Shown here: positions 9,132-19,041 of the stretch, in pieces
Layout: each line of letters begins with the position of its first letter
Position numbering within the stretch: position 1 is the stretch's first letter
Assembly: GCA_964462565.1 (NCBI GenBank)
Contig: CAYWYC010000003.1
Span: forward strand, 1-57,243
Direction of reading: 5' to 3'
DNA length: 57,243 bases
DNA from: an uncultured Candidatus Sumerlaeota bacterium
GTDB taxonomy: Bacteria > Sumerlaeota > Sumerlaeia > UBA8349
Notes under the pieces: generated by a model
What the model saw: the letters and a program-made list of their open reading frames with translations, nothing else
What the model was told of the DNA's origin: nothing
The model's database searches: none
Made by a program: the position numbers and the translations under genes

Positions 9132-10466
9132 ATGATGAAATTGCAGGAAGCACAAAAACTTCCCATCGCGGCAGAAGTCGATGTCCTTGTCGTCGGAGGC
9201 GGTCCTGCCGGAGTCGGCGCGGCATTCAGCGCGGCCCGCCTGGGCGCCAGGACCATGATCGTGGAACAGTTCAACTGTCTCGGTGGTATCGCCACCGCCG
9301 GCGGCCACGGTCATATCTGTATTTACACGGCCTGGGCCGACAACCACACTCGCATCGTCGGCGGTATTCCCTACGAAATGGCCGAACGGGTCCAGGCGCT
9401 GGGCTATGGCAACCTGAAGCCGCAGGATGTGGATTTTGAGATCGAAGGCATGAAACTGGCACTGGAGCAGATGGCCGAAGAATGCGGCTGCCAGTTGCTC
9501 TACTACACCATCTTTTCCGACACCGTCATGGACGAGAACAAAGTGGCGGGCGTGGTGGTCCAGAATAAGACAGGCCGCCTCTTCATCCGTGCCAGGCGCG
9601 TGATCGACGCCACCGGCGACGGCGACGTGGCCGCGGCAGCCGGCTGTGGCTACGACCAGGGCGATCCCGACAATGGCCTCTGCCAGCCGATGACGCTCAT
9701 GTTCACCATCGGTGGCGTGGAATGGCCAAAAGTCCGCGACTGGCGCACCAGCTACGGCATGAACGAAGTCTGGCACGAGGCCCAACGCAAGGGCGACATG
9801 CGTCCCTTTCAGGATCACATCATGGGATTCTGGTGGACGCCTACGCGGCCCGACCAGGTCGGCGTCAACTTCACCCACATCACCCACATGGACTGCACCA
9901 AGGCCGAAGACCTCACCGCCGCCACCCTCGAAGGACGCAAGCAGGCCTATGAATCGATCGACGTTTTTCGCAAGTACGCGCCCGGCATGGAGAATTGCTA
10001 CATGATCTCCACCCCCAACGTAATCGGCACACGCGAAAGCCGACGCATCCATGGCGATTACACGCTCTCGAAGGAAGACCTGATGGCCGAGCGGAAATTC
10101 GATGACAGCATCGGCTACGGCTCCTTCTTCATCGACATCCACAACGTCGGCGGTCCCGGCATGGACAAGAAAACCTACCGCCCCCACAAAGGCTTCAAAT
10201 ATCAGATTCCCTACGGCATCATCGTGCCGCGCGACGTGGAAAACCTGCTTGTCGCGGGACGTTGCGCGAGCGCCGACCATGAGGCCCTGGGCAGTTTGCG
10301 CGTTATGCCCCAATGCGGCGTCATGGGCCAGGCTGCCGGTGTTGCATCGCAGTTGTCCCTGCAAAACCAGATAGCCCCGCGCGAAGTCAATGTCCCCGAA
10401 CTCCAAACAACGCTCCGCAAGCAAAAAGTCATCGTCACTGACGAGGATATTATCGATCAAAGCTGA
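9132..10466 (+). CDS. FAD-dependent oxidoreductase (FAD_oxidored-type)
   Basis: Dinucleotide-binding motif VDVLVVGGGPAGVGAAFSAARLGARTMIVE. 444 aa. The codon-aligned antisense ORF 9099..10481 is judged spurious. Confidence 0.85.
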   Translation: MMKLQEAQKLPIAAEVDVLVVGGGPAGVGAAFSAARLGARTMIVEQFNCLGGIATAGGHGHICIYTAWADNHTRIVGGIPYEMAERVQALGYGNLKPQDVDFEIEGMKLALEQMAEECGCQLLYYTIFSDTVMDENKVAGVVVQNKTGRLFIRARRVIDATGDGDVAAAAGCGYDQGDPDNGLCQPMTLMFTIGGVEWPKVRDWRTSYGMNEVWHEAQRKGDMRPFQDHIMGFWWTPTRPDQVGVNFTHITHMDCTKAEDLTAATLEGRKQAYESIDVFRKYAPGMENCYMISTPNVIGTRESRRIHGDYTLSKEDLMAERKFDDSIGYGSFFIDIHNVGGPGMDKKTYRPHKGFKYQIPYGIIVPRDVENLLVAGRCASADHEALGSLRVMPQCGVMGQAAGVASQLSLQNQIAPREVNVPELQTTLRKQKVIVTDEDIIDQS

Positions 10467-10515
10467 TCGACACTTCACCAAGCGCCCTGCTTTGGCTCAT
10501 ACAACTTCATCAAAT

Positions 10516-10545
10516 GCCTCTGTGCCTGTGGAGGCTTGTTTTTTA
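10516..10545 (+). terminator. Probable rho-independent terminator
   Basis: gcctct / ggaggc stem (6 bp including one G-U), 8-nt loop, then ttgtttttt. Confidence 0.5.
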
Positions 10546-10634
10546 ATCCGCACGGCAAATACTCCTGCAATCATACGCAATAGTGCCTAATTGCCGTAAG
10601 GGTTTTTGCTTTGGAATTTAGGCGAAGTCCCCAA

Positions 10635-10663
10635 TTGCCGGTTTTAAGACGCTTACATATAAT
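10635..10663 (+). promoter_or_regulatory. Sigma70-type promoter for the small membrane protein gene
   Basis: TTGCCG-N17-TATAAT, about 85 nt upstream of the ATG at 10750. Confidence 0.5.
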
Positions 10664-10749
10664 CTATTCAAATCGAATTATAGCGACAGCGTTCGGTATT
10701 CAGCCATGCAATAATTCGAACATGATTCCAATCTTAAAGGAGTTCGCTC

Positions 10750-11145
10750 ATGTTTATTGTAGATCTCTTGCTCGCCTTTTTTCTGGCCCTTATTCTGGCG
10801 GCTATCCTGACCAGTGGTTTTGGCCGAAGAGGACCGGGGCCGGGAGAAGGGCTTCTGTTTTTTTTCATCATTATCTTCCTGGCAACCTGGGGATTGGGGG
10901 CTTGGGTACCGGCTTTCGGCCCCACTGTTTATAACAGCGCCTGGTTGGCATTTCTGGTTCTGGCCCTTTTTCTGGCCATATTTATTGCCGCGCTCACGCC
11001 GCCTTACAGCCGTCCCGTACGGAGAGAGGAAGATGCGGCCGAGACGGAAGCGCTTGCAGAGGCTGGAGCAATAACGATCGGCGTGTTTTTCTGGATTTTT
11101 ATCATCATGCTGCTCGTTTCCATTGTAGTCCGGTATTTGAGCTGA
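10750..11145 (+). CDS. Small integral membrane protein (about 4 TM), unknown function
   Basis: AAGGAG SD 8 nt upstream. Hydrophobic segments are separated by GRRGPGPGEG and PPYSRPVRREEDAAE loops. It has its own promoter and a downstream hairpin. Confidence 0.7.
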   Translation: MFIVDLLLAFFLALILAAILTSGFGRRGPGPGEGLLFFFIIIFLATWGLGAWVPAFGPTVYNSAWLAFLVLALFLAIFIAALTPPYSRPVRREEDAAETEALAEAGAITIGVFFWIFIIMLLVSIVVRYLS

Positions 11146-11177
11146 TGCGGCAAAAAGCAATATGTCAAAAAGAACCG

Positions 11178-11209
11178 GCCGGGGACAAGGCCATGCAGGT
11201 GTCCCCGGC
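11178..11209 (+). terminator. Strong hairpin, possible terminator (no clean T-tract)
   Basis: Perfect 10-bp stem gccggggaca/tgtccccggc with a 12-nt loop, followed by tgtctcagtttgtatt. Confidence 0.4.
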
Positions 11210-11512
11210 TGTCTCAGTTTGTATTATTAGTCAATGATACATATTCGCACCACTCATAATATCCTCATAAATTGATATAATTGAGGATAAGATGGAGGTA
11301 CCAAGGTAACCAGGCACTATGTGTCTCAAATCCAACAGATTTTTGAAACATAACATGCTGGGAATGTTTTCTGGCACAGCGCTCTTGAATTACTGATATC
11401 ATTAATCATAGCCGCTTCGAGCAGATAAACTTAAATCTCTGGCATGGTCTCTGCTCCTATATTCCTCGGCAGAAAAAATGGCTTGAGCCATCAAGAAAGG
11501 ATTGAATAAAAT

Positions 11513-11833
11513 ATGCACGCACAGGAAATTGAATTCACCGAACAGAACTTTGACAAGCAGATCGCTGAAGGCGTCAGTCTGGTCGATTTTTGGGCCGCCT
11601 GGTGTGGCCCATGCAAAATGCAGGCTCCCATAGTGGAAAAGGTCGCCGCAAAACTGGGAGACCAGGCCAACATCGGCAAATGCAATGTCGATGAAAACCC
11701 CGGCCTGGCTGCTCGCTTCGGGATCCAGAGCATCCCGACCATCCTCTTCTTCAAGGACGGAGAACCCGTTGGCCAGGTGGTGGGACTCCAGTCGGAAGAG
11801 GCCCTTGCGAACAAGGTTAATGAATTGCTGTAA
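11513..11833 (+). CDS. trxA: Thioredoxin
   Basis: WAAWCGPCKMQAPIVE active-site motif. 106 aa. Confidence 0.95.
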   Translation: MHAQEIEFTEQNFDKQIAEGVSLVDFWAAWCGPCKMQAPIVEKVAAKLGDQANIGKCNVDENPGLAARFGIQSIPTILFFKDGEPVGQVVGLQSEEALANKVNELL

Positions 11834-11858
11834 AAGCTATCCGAAAAATCGCGCATGA

Positions 11859-11889
11859 AACGCCGGAGCACACGCTTCGGCGTTTTTTT
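11859..11889 (+). terminator. Rho-independent terminator after trxA
   Basis: aacgccg/cggcgtt stem followed by a T7 run. Confidence 0.85.
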
Positions 11890-11975
11890 ATATGAGCTGC
11901 TTCTTGATTTTAGATCATCCAGCGATTATTTTGATTCAGGCATAGAGGGAGCAGCCTTCTTCAAGGAGTCTTGTT

Positions 11976-13496
11976 GTGACGATAAATGTTCAGGAAGAAT
12001 ATTTTGTGATGCTGGACCAGATGGTCCAGAAATGCCGCGAGGAAATAACGGACTCGCTGGCCAAGCTGCTCAGTTTCAGCACGGTCAGCGGCTCCAAAGA
12101 TCCAGAAGAAGAGCGGGCATCGGCGAATGAATTTTCGCGCGCCTTTTCCTGGCTGGGCAGCCTGGCCCGGTCCATGAACCTGAAATGGCGCAATTATGAC
12201 AACCGTATCTGTGTGATTGAGCAGCCCGGCGGCAACGACGGTGTGATCGGTCTGCCGCTCCATGTGGACGTGGTTCCTTCCGGCGACGGCTGGCATTATC
12301 CGGCCTTTGGCGGCATGGTGGAAAACGATATCATCTATGGTCGAGGCGCTCAGGACGACAAGGGTCCCATCATCCAGATGCTTTACGCCATCCACTGCCT
12401 GAACCGTCTCAAACTGCCCTTCCGGCGCACCGTGCGCCTCATCATTGCCTCCCAGGAAGAAACGGGTGTATGGAGTGATGTGGACTTTTACCTGGAAAAG
12501 GAACCGGCCCCTGACATGTGCATCGTGGCGGATGCCGAGTTTCCCATCGGCAACGGCGAGAAGGGCCTCGTGGATGTGAAGATTGATATCCACTGGGAAA
12601 ACAGGGAAGCCCCCTCCAAGCCCCTCCAGTTCCGGCGTATTTCCGGCGGCGAACGATCGAACGTCGTGCCGAATCGTGGCGAGATTATCTGGGAAGTCAC
12701 CGGCAGCCAGGCCCAGGGCGTGTCGCAGAGTTTCAAGGAGTACCTGAAGGACTTTATGAAAAAGCATCCCGGCACCGATGCTTTTCCCCTGCGCATGGAC
12801 CGCGATCCCGAAAGCCAGGCCAAACACCTGCACATAACCTTTCTCGGAAAAAGCGCCCACGGCAGCAAACCCGAAAAGGGGCACAATGCCGTTCTCGACG
12901 CCCTGCTGTTTTACTCGACCCTTCCCGAGCAGGCCCCATGGATTTCGAAAACCTGCAAGTTCCTGCATGAAAGTTTTTCCGACCTTCGCGGCGAAAAGAT
13001 CGGAGTCGATGAAAATCATCCCTTTATCGGCGATACCACCATCAACCTCGGCGTCCTCGATATTGACGCGGACAAGGCATCGCTGGTGCTGAACATTCGG
13101 CCCACGCTGGGACGTCCCATCCCCGAACTGGTCGAACGCATCCGAAAACATGTCAGCGACTGGGCCGCCAAACAGGGACTTCGCGCCGATGTGAAAATTC
13201 AGGGCAAGGCCTACGAACCGCTCTTTCTCGACCCCGAGGAATACCCGGAGCTGATCGGTGCGCTGAAGACGGCATTCCAACGCGTGACGGGCAAGAAGCC
13301 CGAACTGACCTCCTCCTCAGGCACGACCTTTGCCAAGGCCTTTCCAAACTCCCTCTGTTTCGGGCCGATCCTCACGCCCGAGGAACCCTCGCAGATGCAT
13401 CAGGCCGATGAGCACCTGAAGATCGAAGACCTGCTGCGCAACACGAAAATTTACGGCTACAGCCTTATGCTGCTGGCCTGCCAACTCCCATCCTGA
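11976..13496 (+). CDS. M20-family dipeptidase (PepV/Sapep-like)
   Basis: GTG start with AAGGAG 7 nt upstream. Motifs HVDVVP, GRGAQDDKGP and SQEETG. Confidence 0.8.
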   Translation: MTINVQEEYFVMLDQMVQKCREEITDSLAKLLSFSTVSGSKDPEEERASANEFSRAFSWLGSLARSMNLKWRNYDNRICVIEQPGGNDGVIGLPLHVDVVPSGDGWHYPAFGGMVENDIIYGRGAQDDKGPIIQMLYAIHCLNRLKLPFRRTVRLIIASQEETGVWSDVDFYLEKEPAPDMCIVADAEFPIGNGEKGLVDVKIDIHWENREAPSKPLQFRRISGGERSNVVPNRGEIIWEVTGSQAQGVSQSFKEYLKDFMKKHPGTDAFPLRMDRDPESQAKHLHITFLGKSAHGSKPEKGHNAVLDALLFYSTLPEQAPWISKTCKFLHESFSDLRGEKIGVDENHPFIGDTTINLGVLDIDADKASLVLNIRPTLGRPIPELVERIRKHVSDWAAKQGLRADVKIQGKAYEPLFLDPEEYPELIGALKTAFQRVTGKKPELTSSSGTTFAKAFPNSLCFGPILTPEEPSQMHQADEHLKIEDLLRNTKIYGYSLMLLACQLPS

Positions 13497-13513
13497 ACCT
13501 ATGAAAGACCATA

Positions 13514-14929
13514 ATGGCTGAAATCAATTCGCTCGAACAGATCGACTCTCAGAAACCCGTTCACTTCATCGGCATCGGCGGCTGCGGCATGTCCGGCGTG
13601 GCGCTTGCGCTTCGCAGGATGGGCTACGTCGTTTCCGGCTCCGACATGAATGCCAGTGACACGACGGCCAAGCTGGAAAAAGCCGAAATCACAATCAACA
13701 TCGGCCACAACGGTGGAAACATTCTGGCGGGAACCCAACTGGTCGTGATCAGCGCGGCGGTGAAGCCCCAGAACGCGGAATACATGGCGGCTGAGGCGCG
13801 CCAGATTCCGATCATCAAGTACGCGCAAATGCTGGGTATCCTCATGCGCAGCAAGCGTGGCATCGCCGTGGCCGGGACCCATGGCAAAACGACGACAACG
13901 GCCATGCTGGCCTTGGCCCTGCAAGAGATGGAAGCCGATCCCAGCTTCGTTATCGGGGGCGAGGTTCCCCAACTCGGCGGCGGCTCGGGCGTTGGCGATT
14001 CGGACCTGCTCGTGGCGGAAGCCTGCGAGTACGACCGCTCATTCCTGAACCTTTATCCCCAATACGCCATCATCAACAACATCGAAGAAGACCATCTGGA
14101 CTACTATAAAAACCTGGACGAAATCGTGGAGGCCTTTCGCGAATTTGCGCTTCGTATTCCCGAAACCGGCATTCTGGCCTATTCCGTTTCCAGCCCCAAT
14201 ATCGGACGCTTCATCAACGACATTCGCTGCCATACCGTCTCCTGCGGTCTGGAAGCGGAGGCCGATTACGAGGCCCATGACATCCGCCTGGAAAATGGAC
14301 GCAGCGATTACCGGCTTGACACCGAGGCCAAGGGGATCAAGGAAAGCGTTGAGGTTAAGCTGCAAACTTTCGGGCGCCACAACGTGGTCAATTCGCTTTC
14401 GGCCATTGCCATACTGCACCAGATCGGCTTTTCGCTGCAAGATGCCGCCCGTGGAGTCGGAGCCTTTCGGGGAGTGCGTCGGCGATTCGAAACGGTCTAT
14501 GATGAAAAGGGCGTCACCATTGTTGACGACTACGCCCACCACCCCACCGAGATCCGCACCGTGTTGCGTTCGTCCCGTTTGTATTTTCGCGAGCGCCGCA
14601 TCATCGCCGTCTTCCAACCGCACCAGCACAGCCGCACCCGATTCCTCATGCGGGATTTTGCGCGGTCCTTTCAGTTCGCCGATCTGGTCGTCATTCCGGA
14701 TATCTATTTCGTGCGTGACACCGAACAGGAAAGCAAGATGGTCCACGCCCGCGACCTGGTGCGCGCTATTTTGGGCAAAGCAGGCAATGCCCTTTACATC
14801 CCTTCATTCGGCGAGATCGAGCAATTTCTGATCAATAATATCAATGAAGGCGATGTGCTCCTGACCATGGGCGCGGGCAACATCTGGCAGGTCGGCCAAC
14901 ACGTGGCAAAAAAGTTGAATCAGGCATAG
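13514..14929 (+). CDS. murC: UDP-N-acetylmuramate--L-alanine ligase
   Basis: HFIGIGGCGMSGVA and GIAVAGTHGKTTTTAML Mur ligase motifs. 471 aa. Confidence 0.9.
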   Translation: MAEINSLEQIDSQKPVHFIGIGGCGMSGVALALRRMGYVVSGSDMNASDTTAKLEKAEITINIGHNGGNILAGTQLVVISAAVKPQNAEYMAAEARQIPIIKYAQMLGILMRSKRGIAVAGTHGKTTTTAMLALALQEMEADPSFVIGGEVPQLGGGSGVGDSDLLVAEACEYDRSFLNLYPQYAIINNIEEDHLDYYKNLDEIVEAFREFALRIPETGILAYSVSSPNIGRFINDIRCHTVSCGLEAEADYEAHDIRLENGRSDYRLDTEAKGIKESVEVKLQTFGRHNVVNSLSAIAILHQIGFSLQDAARGVGAFRGVRRRFETVYDEKGVTIVDDYAHHPTEIRTVLRSSRLYFRERRIIAVFQPHQHSRTRFLMRDFARSFQFADLVVIPDIYFVRDTEQESKMVHARDLVRAILGKAGNALYIPSFGEIEQFLINNINEGDVLLTMGAGNIWQVGQHVAKKLNQA

Positions 14930-15151
14930 GCATGAAGTTAGAGATATGACTGAATCTCCGAATGGCAATCGCAATCGATATGATTTTCCTCACGCGTTAT
15001 GCAGCCAATCCTTCGTTTGCAATCAGGCACGTAAGCGCCGTATCTTTTCTTCGCGCAAAGACTGCCACGCCACTGACGTGGCTGACTACGAGCAGGAGCC
15101 GGCAAAACCATTACGACCCAATAGCATGTGAAATCGAAAAGTACAGAATCT

Positions 15152-15808
15152 CTACCTCTTGCACCTGTCCAGAAACAGGCGGCAGGCTTTCAGCGGATCG
15201 GGCTGGCGGCTGATGGCGGAGATGATCGCCACATTATGCGCTCCGGCATCGAGCACGGCGTCCACCTTTTCCAACTCGATTCCTCCTATTGCCACAATCG
15301 GATAATTGCTTTCCCCGGCGGCCAGCGCCAGCATTTCAAGCCCCGTCTCGGGGTCGGGATTTTCCTTGGTCTGCGTCGAAAAGATCGGGCCGAATCCGAT
15401 ATAGTCGATCGGCAACGCATTGGCTGCGCGCACCTGATCCAGATTATGAGTGCTCCACCCGATCCATTTTTCCGGTCCCATGCGCAGGCGTGCTTCCGAC
15501 GGGTCCATGTCATCCTGGCCCAGGTGAAGTCCATCGGCATCCAGTTCCAGCAAGAGATCAACATCGTCGTTTACAATAAAGACCGCTCCGGCGGCTTGTG
15601 TCATCTTACGCATCTCGCGCCCAATCCGGATTTTCGCGGCGGTGCTCATGGTCTTTGCGCGCAGCTGCACAATGCGCAACCCTTCCCTCAGCGCTTCTTC
15701 CAGAAAAGGCAGAAAACGCCCCGACTCCATCATGGCCATGTCGCTGATCAGGTAGAGTCCGGCTGGCCATTTGGGCTCGAACTCGTTCATTTTGGAGGAA
15801 GTGGTCAT
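15152..15808 (-). CDS. thiE: Thiamine-phosphate synthase
   Basis: Typical ThiE layout: GLYLISD..., VQLRAK, DGLHLGQDD, IGFGPIFSTQTK, VAIGGI. Confidence 0.9.
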   Translation of the reverse strand: MTTSSKMNEFEPKWPAGLYLISDMAMMESGRFLPFLEEALREGLRIVQLRAKTMSTAAKIRIGREMRKMTQAAGAVFIVNDDVDLLLELDADGLHLGQDDMDPSEARLRMGPEKWIGWSTHNLDQVRAANALPIDYIGFGPIFSTQTKENPDPETGLEMLALAAGESNYPIVAIGGIELEKVDAVLDAGAHNVAIISAISRQPDPLKACRLFLDRCKR

Positions 15809-16381
15809 TTACGTGCTTTGCTGGTAGAGAATGGTATCCAGATCCAGCTGGTTGAGCCGCGCGATTTCCTTGTGCACGCTTTCAATAGTCTCTTCATTTT
15901 CCTTCAGCTGGTCTTTGATATTGGTGAGGTACTCTTCCAATTCGGGAATAAGTACCGTTTTGAAATGTTTTTGTTCCTTGTGCAGCGTCTCCAGGTGTTC
16001 AGTGAGTTCTTTGAGCGACTCTTCCTGGGACTGCAAAAGTTTGGCCCGCAAATCCTGCGTCTTGCGCGTTCGGCGACGTTTCAAAGCGGCGATTTCTTTT
16101 TTCAACTTCGCGATACCCGAATCGTCTTCATCCAGACGCTGCTGGGCTTCGTCGTCGGTATTGTCTTCGGCCACCTTCTGAAAGTTCTGATCCCGGCTTT
16201 TTTCCAATTCCACCAGTTTTTCTTCCAGGCGCTTCTGATCTTCCGATTCCTGGGCGATATAATTCTGGTAATCGCTGATGAGTTCCTGCATGGCTTTGCT
16301 GAGTATATTCGGCATGATAAAAAGGGAGGCAGGTCCAGTGGAAAGAGAAAGGAGCCACCCCGAATCTCCGGAAATTGGCAT
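15809..16381 (-). CDS. Coiled-coil protein of unknown function (start uncertain; alternative ATG at 16315)
   Basis: Long E/K/Q/L-rich heptad-like sequence. Its stop abuts the thiE start. The predicted promoter at 16425-16453 excludes the ORF-track start at 16444. Confidence 0.55.
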   Translation of the reverse strand: MPISGDSGWLLSLSTGPASLFIMPNILSKAMQELISDYQNYIAQESEDQKRLEEKLVELEKSRDQNFQKVAEDNTDDEAQQRLDEDDSGIAKLKKEIAALKRRRTRKTQDLRAKLLQSQEESLKELTEHLETLHKEQKHFKTVLIPELEEYLTNIKDQLKENEETIESVHKEIARLNQLDLDTILYQQST

Positions 16382-16424
16382 TGGAAGAGGCTGATTTTTC
16401 TTAACTTCCTCCAAGCAGGAAATA

Positions 16425-16453
16425 ATATTAACAAGAGAAACCAATCAAGTCAA
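16425..16453 (-). promoter_or_regulatory. Sigma70-type promoter for the coiled-coil/thiE operon
   Basis: The minus strand reads TTGACT-N17-TAATAT. Confidence 0.6.
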
Positions 16454-16487
16454 GCACTGCTGATGGGTGCGTCATGATTTTTCATGT

Positions 16488-16538
16488 GAAAAAAGGAAAG
16501 GGGCAGCCATCTGTCTTGAAAAAGGCGAATGACTGCCC
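16488..16538 (-). terminator. Rho-independent terminator after the VIT-VWA gene
   Basis: Minus strand: gggcagtcat ... atggctgccc (10 bp including one G-U), 18-nt loop, then ctttccttttttc. Confidence 0.6.
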
Positions 16539-16549
16539 GGAAGGTTTGA

Positions 16550-18865
16550 TTATTCCGCGTTCTTGTCGATGATCCGGTACCAATTGCCATCGAGTTGAAA
16601 GACCACCTGTTTACCCAGCGCCAGAAAGACGCCCGCTTCGGGATGGTCGCTCAGGAAGTCAAAATAAGCATCCGACCCATATTCAATTTCCGTGGTTTCC
16701 GTGTCCTCTGGATATTCGCTGTCCACCAGAAAACCGTCCTGCATATAGAAGGTGCGCCCACCCGCGTGTTTCACTCCCGCACGATCCTGTCCGTCACGCT
16801 TTTCCAGCTGAGGCAAGGCCTGGAGTTCCCTCATGCGGCGCATCTGTGTTGAGAGTTGCACGGCTTCTTCGCCCGATTCCTGGGTCATCGCCATCGGACT
16901 GGGGGGGAGACTTCCGGCTCTTCCCGCACTGTCTTGAGCAATCGATCCACGAGCGTTTACTCCTCCCATTCTGTCCGAAGGCACACCATCAGATCGCACT
17001 TGAGGTCCGCCCGGACGCCCCGGCCTGCTGACGATCCTTTCATCTTCCACCACCAGCATGGACGTGTAGGGCGTGGCGATAGCGTGTTTCTTGCCCAGAT
17101 GCACAATCTCATCCACCAGTTCCTGCTCTTCACCGTTTTGCCGAATATTGTCCACCAGATACCCCACGCGGCGAATCGCCCACAGCCTCGGCAGAAAATC
17201 GGCGGAGTCATTTTTTTCGGGAAAGTCGAGTTCATACTCAAAAGCCTTTTTGTCGCCGTTGATTTTGCCCTTCAGAAGGATGGTATTCTTGCCGGGATTC
17301 GCGTAACGACCGATAATCTTTACCTGCGATCCCGCGAAAAGATCGAGCAACTCACGAGGATACTGCTGCTTTACGTCGGCATCGTCATAATCGATCATCA
17401 CATCGGTCATCACGGGATCCGATACACGCATGAAAAAGTTACTCACCTTGATCTCGATATCTTCCCTCGGCGTGACATATTCCGTGACGCCGCCGTTCTT
17501 TTCGGCCAACGTATCGAGGAGTCGCGTGTTCACCGAATTGCCCACACCAAAGGTAAAAATGCGCAGGCGATCCCGATTCTCCTTGCTCACATCGCCCACG
17601 ATTTTGTCAATGTCCTTCTCGCCGATCGTCGGCTTGCCATCAGTCAGGAAAACCAGCAGGAAGGGGCGGTCCGAATCGGTATCCTCAGGTATGGCCGTCA
17701 GCAGCGCCTCATGGATGGCCGTGCCGCCGCTTGCCTCGAAGCCCTTGACAAATTCCAGCGCCTTATCCACGTTATCCTTCTTCGCGAGTACCTGCCCATC
17801 ATCAAAAAGCGCCTCGCTTTCCGTGCTGAAACGCACCACATTGAATCGATCTTCCTCGCGCAAGGAATTCAGGCAATACTTCAGCGCCTCGCGCGCCTGC
17901 ACGATCTTGTCGCCGTTCATCGATCCGGAAGTATCGAAGACAAAGACCACATCCTTGGGCATAATCTTGTCGGCCTTGTAATCCGACCGCGGCGCCAGCA
18001 TCAGCATGAAATAGCCGTCGTCGTCACCGGAACGATAGGTCACCAGCCCGGCGCCCATGTCTTTTTTCGAAACGGCGTAATAAATTTTCAGATTCTGCTC
18101 GGGTATGACTTTTTCCGCCTCATAAGAAAAGCGCACATTCTTTTCATCCTTGCGCACAAAGTCCACATTATGGGTGGGGCAGTAAATGGTGGTGATGGGG
18201 ACATCGGAATGCACTGTACCCGAAATCGCGATATTGCCAATTGCCCGGTCCTGTTCATGACGCGCCACCAGGGGAAATGCAAACTCGGTCAGGCCGAAAT
18301 CCCGCTTCAGTACCTGGCTGTATTCAAAGCGAACCCGCCGGACCTGCTGGGCTTCAAATGGAAAAATCCGCAGTTTGACCAGATCGCGTCCCACATATTC
18401 CAGCAGGGCCGGATCGCGCATCTGCCGCACGATTCCCTCATAAATATCACGCGCCTTTTTCGCGTCCAGCACTTCGCACTTCATGGGCTTGCCGTCGATA
18501 TACAGGCTCAGGTCACTCACGGCGGCATCGGCGGGCAACGGAAAATAATAAACCCCTTCCAGCCGACGGTTGTTCGGATTTTTGAAACTCTGGTCGATAC
18601 GCGTACGGGCCACCTGATCGTCAATCTCGACCTGCAATTCCATGCTGGCCAATTCGGCAGGGAGCAGATCGCGCCTGTGGATCGGTGGACGGGGCGGACG
18701 AGGAGGCTGGGGTGGATCGATGATGATACGGCTATCGGGGGCTTCATTATCATTGGCCGCGCCCGGCTGGACCAGCTGCATAAAGCCCTGACCAAGGCCC
18801 GTTGCGGGTATTATGGAAATGATCAAAACCAGGATAACATGCGAAAAACTTTTTGAAGAGCGCAT
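16550..18865 (-). CDS. Secreted VIT domain + von Willebrand factor A domain protein
   Basis: Signal peptide. VIT-like VEIDDQVARTRIDQSFKNPNNRRLEGVYYFPLPADAAVSDLSLYIDGK. MIDAS motif VFVFDTSGSM. GGGAG SD. Confidence 0.9.
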   Translation of the reverse strand: MRSSKSFSHVILVLIISIIPATGLGQGFMQLVQPGAANDNEAPDSRIIIDPPQPPRPPRPPIHRRDLLPAELASMELQVEIDDQVARTRIDQSFKNPNNRRLEGVYYFPLPADAAVSDLSLYIDGKPMKCEVLDAKKARDIYEGIVRQMRDPALLEYVGRDLVKLRIFPFEAQQVRRVRFEYSQVLKRDFGLTEFAFPLVARHEQDRAIGNIAISGTVHSDVPITTIYCPTHNVDFVRKDEKNVRFSYEAEKVIPEQNLKIYYAVSKKDMGAGLVTYRSGDDDGYFMLMLAPRSDYKADKIMPKDVVFVFDTSGSMNGDKIVQAREALKYCLNSLREEDRFNVVRFSTESEALFDDGQVLAKKDNVDKALEFVKGFEASGGTAIHEALLTAIPEDTDSDRPFLLVFLTDGKPTIGEKDIDKIVGDVSKENRDRLRIFTFGVGNSVNTRLLDTLAEKNGGVTEYVTPREDIEIKVSNFFMRVSDPVMTDVMIDYDDADVKQQYPRELLDLFAGSQVKIIGRYANPGKNTILLKGKINGDKKAFEYELDFPEKNDSADFLPRLWAIRRVGYLVDNIRQNGEEQELVDEIVHLGKKHAIATPYTSMLVVEDERIVSRPGRPGGPQVRSDGVPSDRMGGVNARGSIAQDSAGRAGSLPPSPMAMTQESGEEAVQLSTQMRRMRELQALPQLEKRDGQDRAGVKHAGGRTFYMQDGFLVDSEYPEDTETTEIEYGSDAYFDFLSDHPEAGVFLALGKQVVFQLDGNWYRIIDKNAE

Positions 18866-19012
18866 GATTCTTTCTCCCTTCGAGCAAAGACAAACATGGA
18901 CGGCGAAACCAATACCGTCTATATGCTAGGACCTGCCAGGCCGCGAAAAGTTCCATCGGCCATGCCTTTTTCTTCTGGTTTGATGCGGCAGGACCGCCTC
19001 CTGTGCTTTGTG

Positions 19013-19041
19013 CTTGTGGACGGTCAGGGCATTTATTAGAA
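19013..19041 (+). promoter_or_regulatory. Candidate sigma70-type promoter for the cyclase gene
   Basis: TTGTGG-N17-TAGAAT. The implied TSS near 19048 argues against the TTG start at 19050. Confidence 0.4.

Noticed and set aside
9099-10481. 460-aa minus-strand ORF fully overlapping the FAD oxidoreductase
   Set aside because: The sense ORF carries the GGGPAG dinucleotide-binding motif. The antisense ORF shares triplet boundaries and has shadow-ORF composition.
11372-11388. TGGCACagcgctcTTGA as a sigma54 promoter
   Set aside because: No GC dinucleotide lies at the required GG-N10-GC spacing. The TTG is displaced by 2 nt.
16316-16549. TPP riboswitch upstream of the coiled-coil/thiE operon
   Set aside because: The leader lacks the conserved CUGAGA and ACCUGAUCUGGAUAAUGCCAGCG-type core. 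Only a sigma70-like promoter was found.
16856-18856. 666-aa plus-strand ORF
   Set aside because: It is codon-aligned antisense to the VIT-VWA gene, which has a signal peptide plus VIT and MIDAS motifs.
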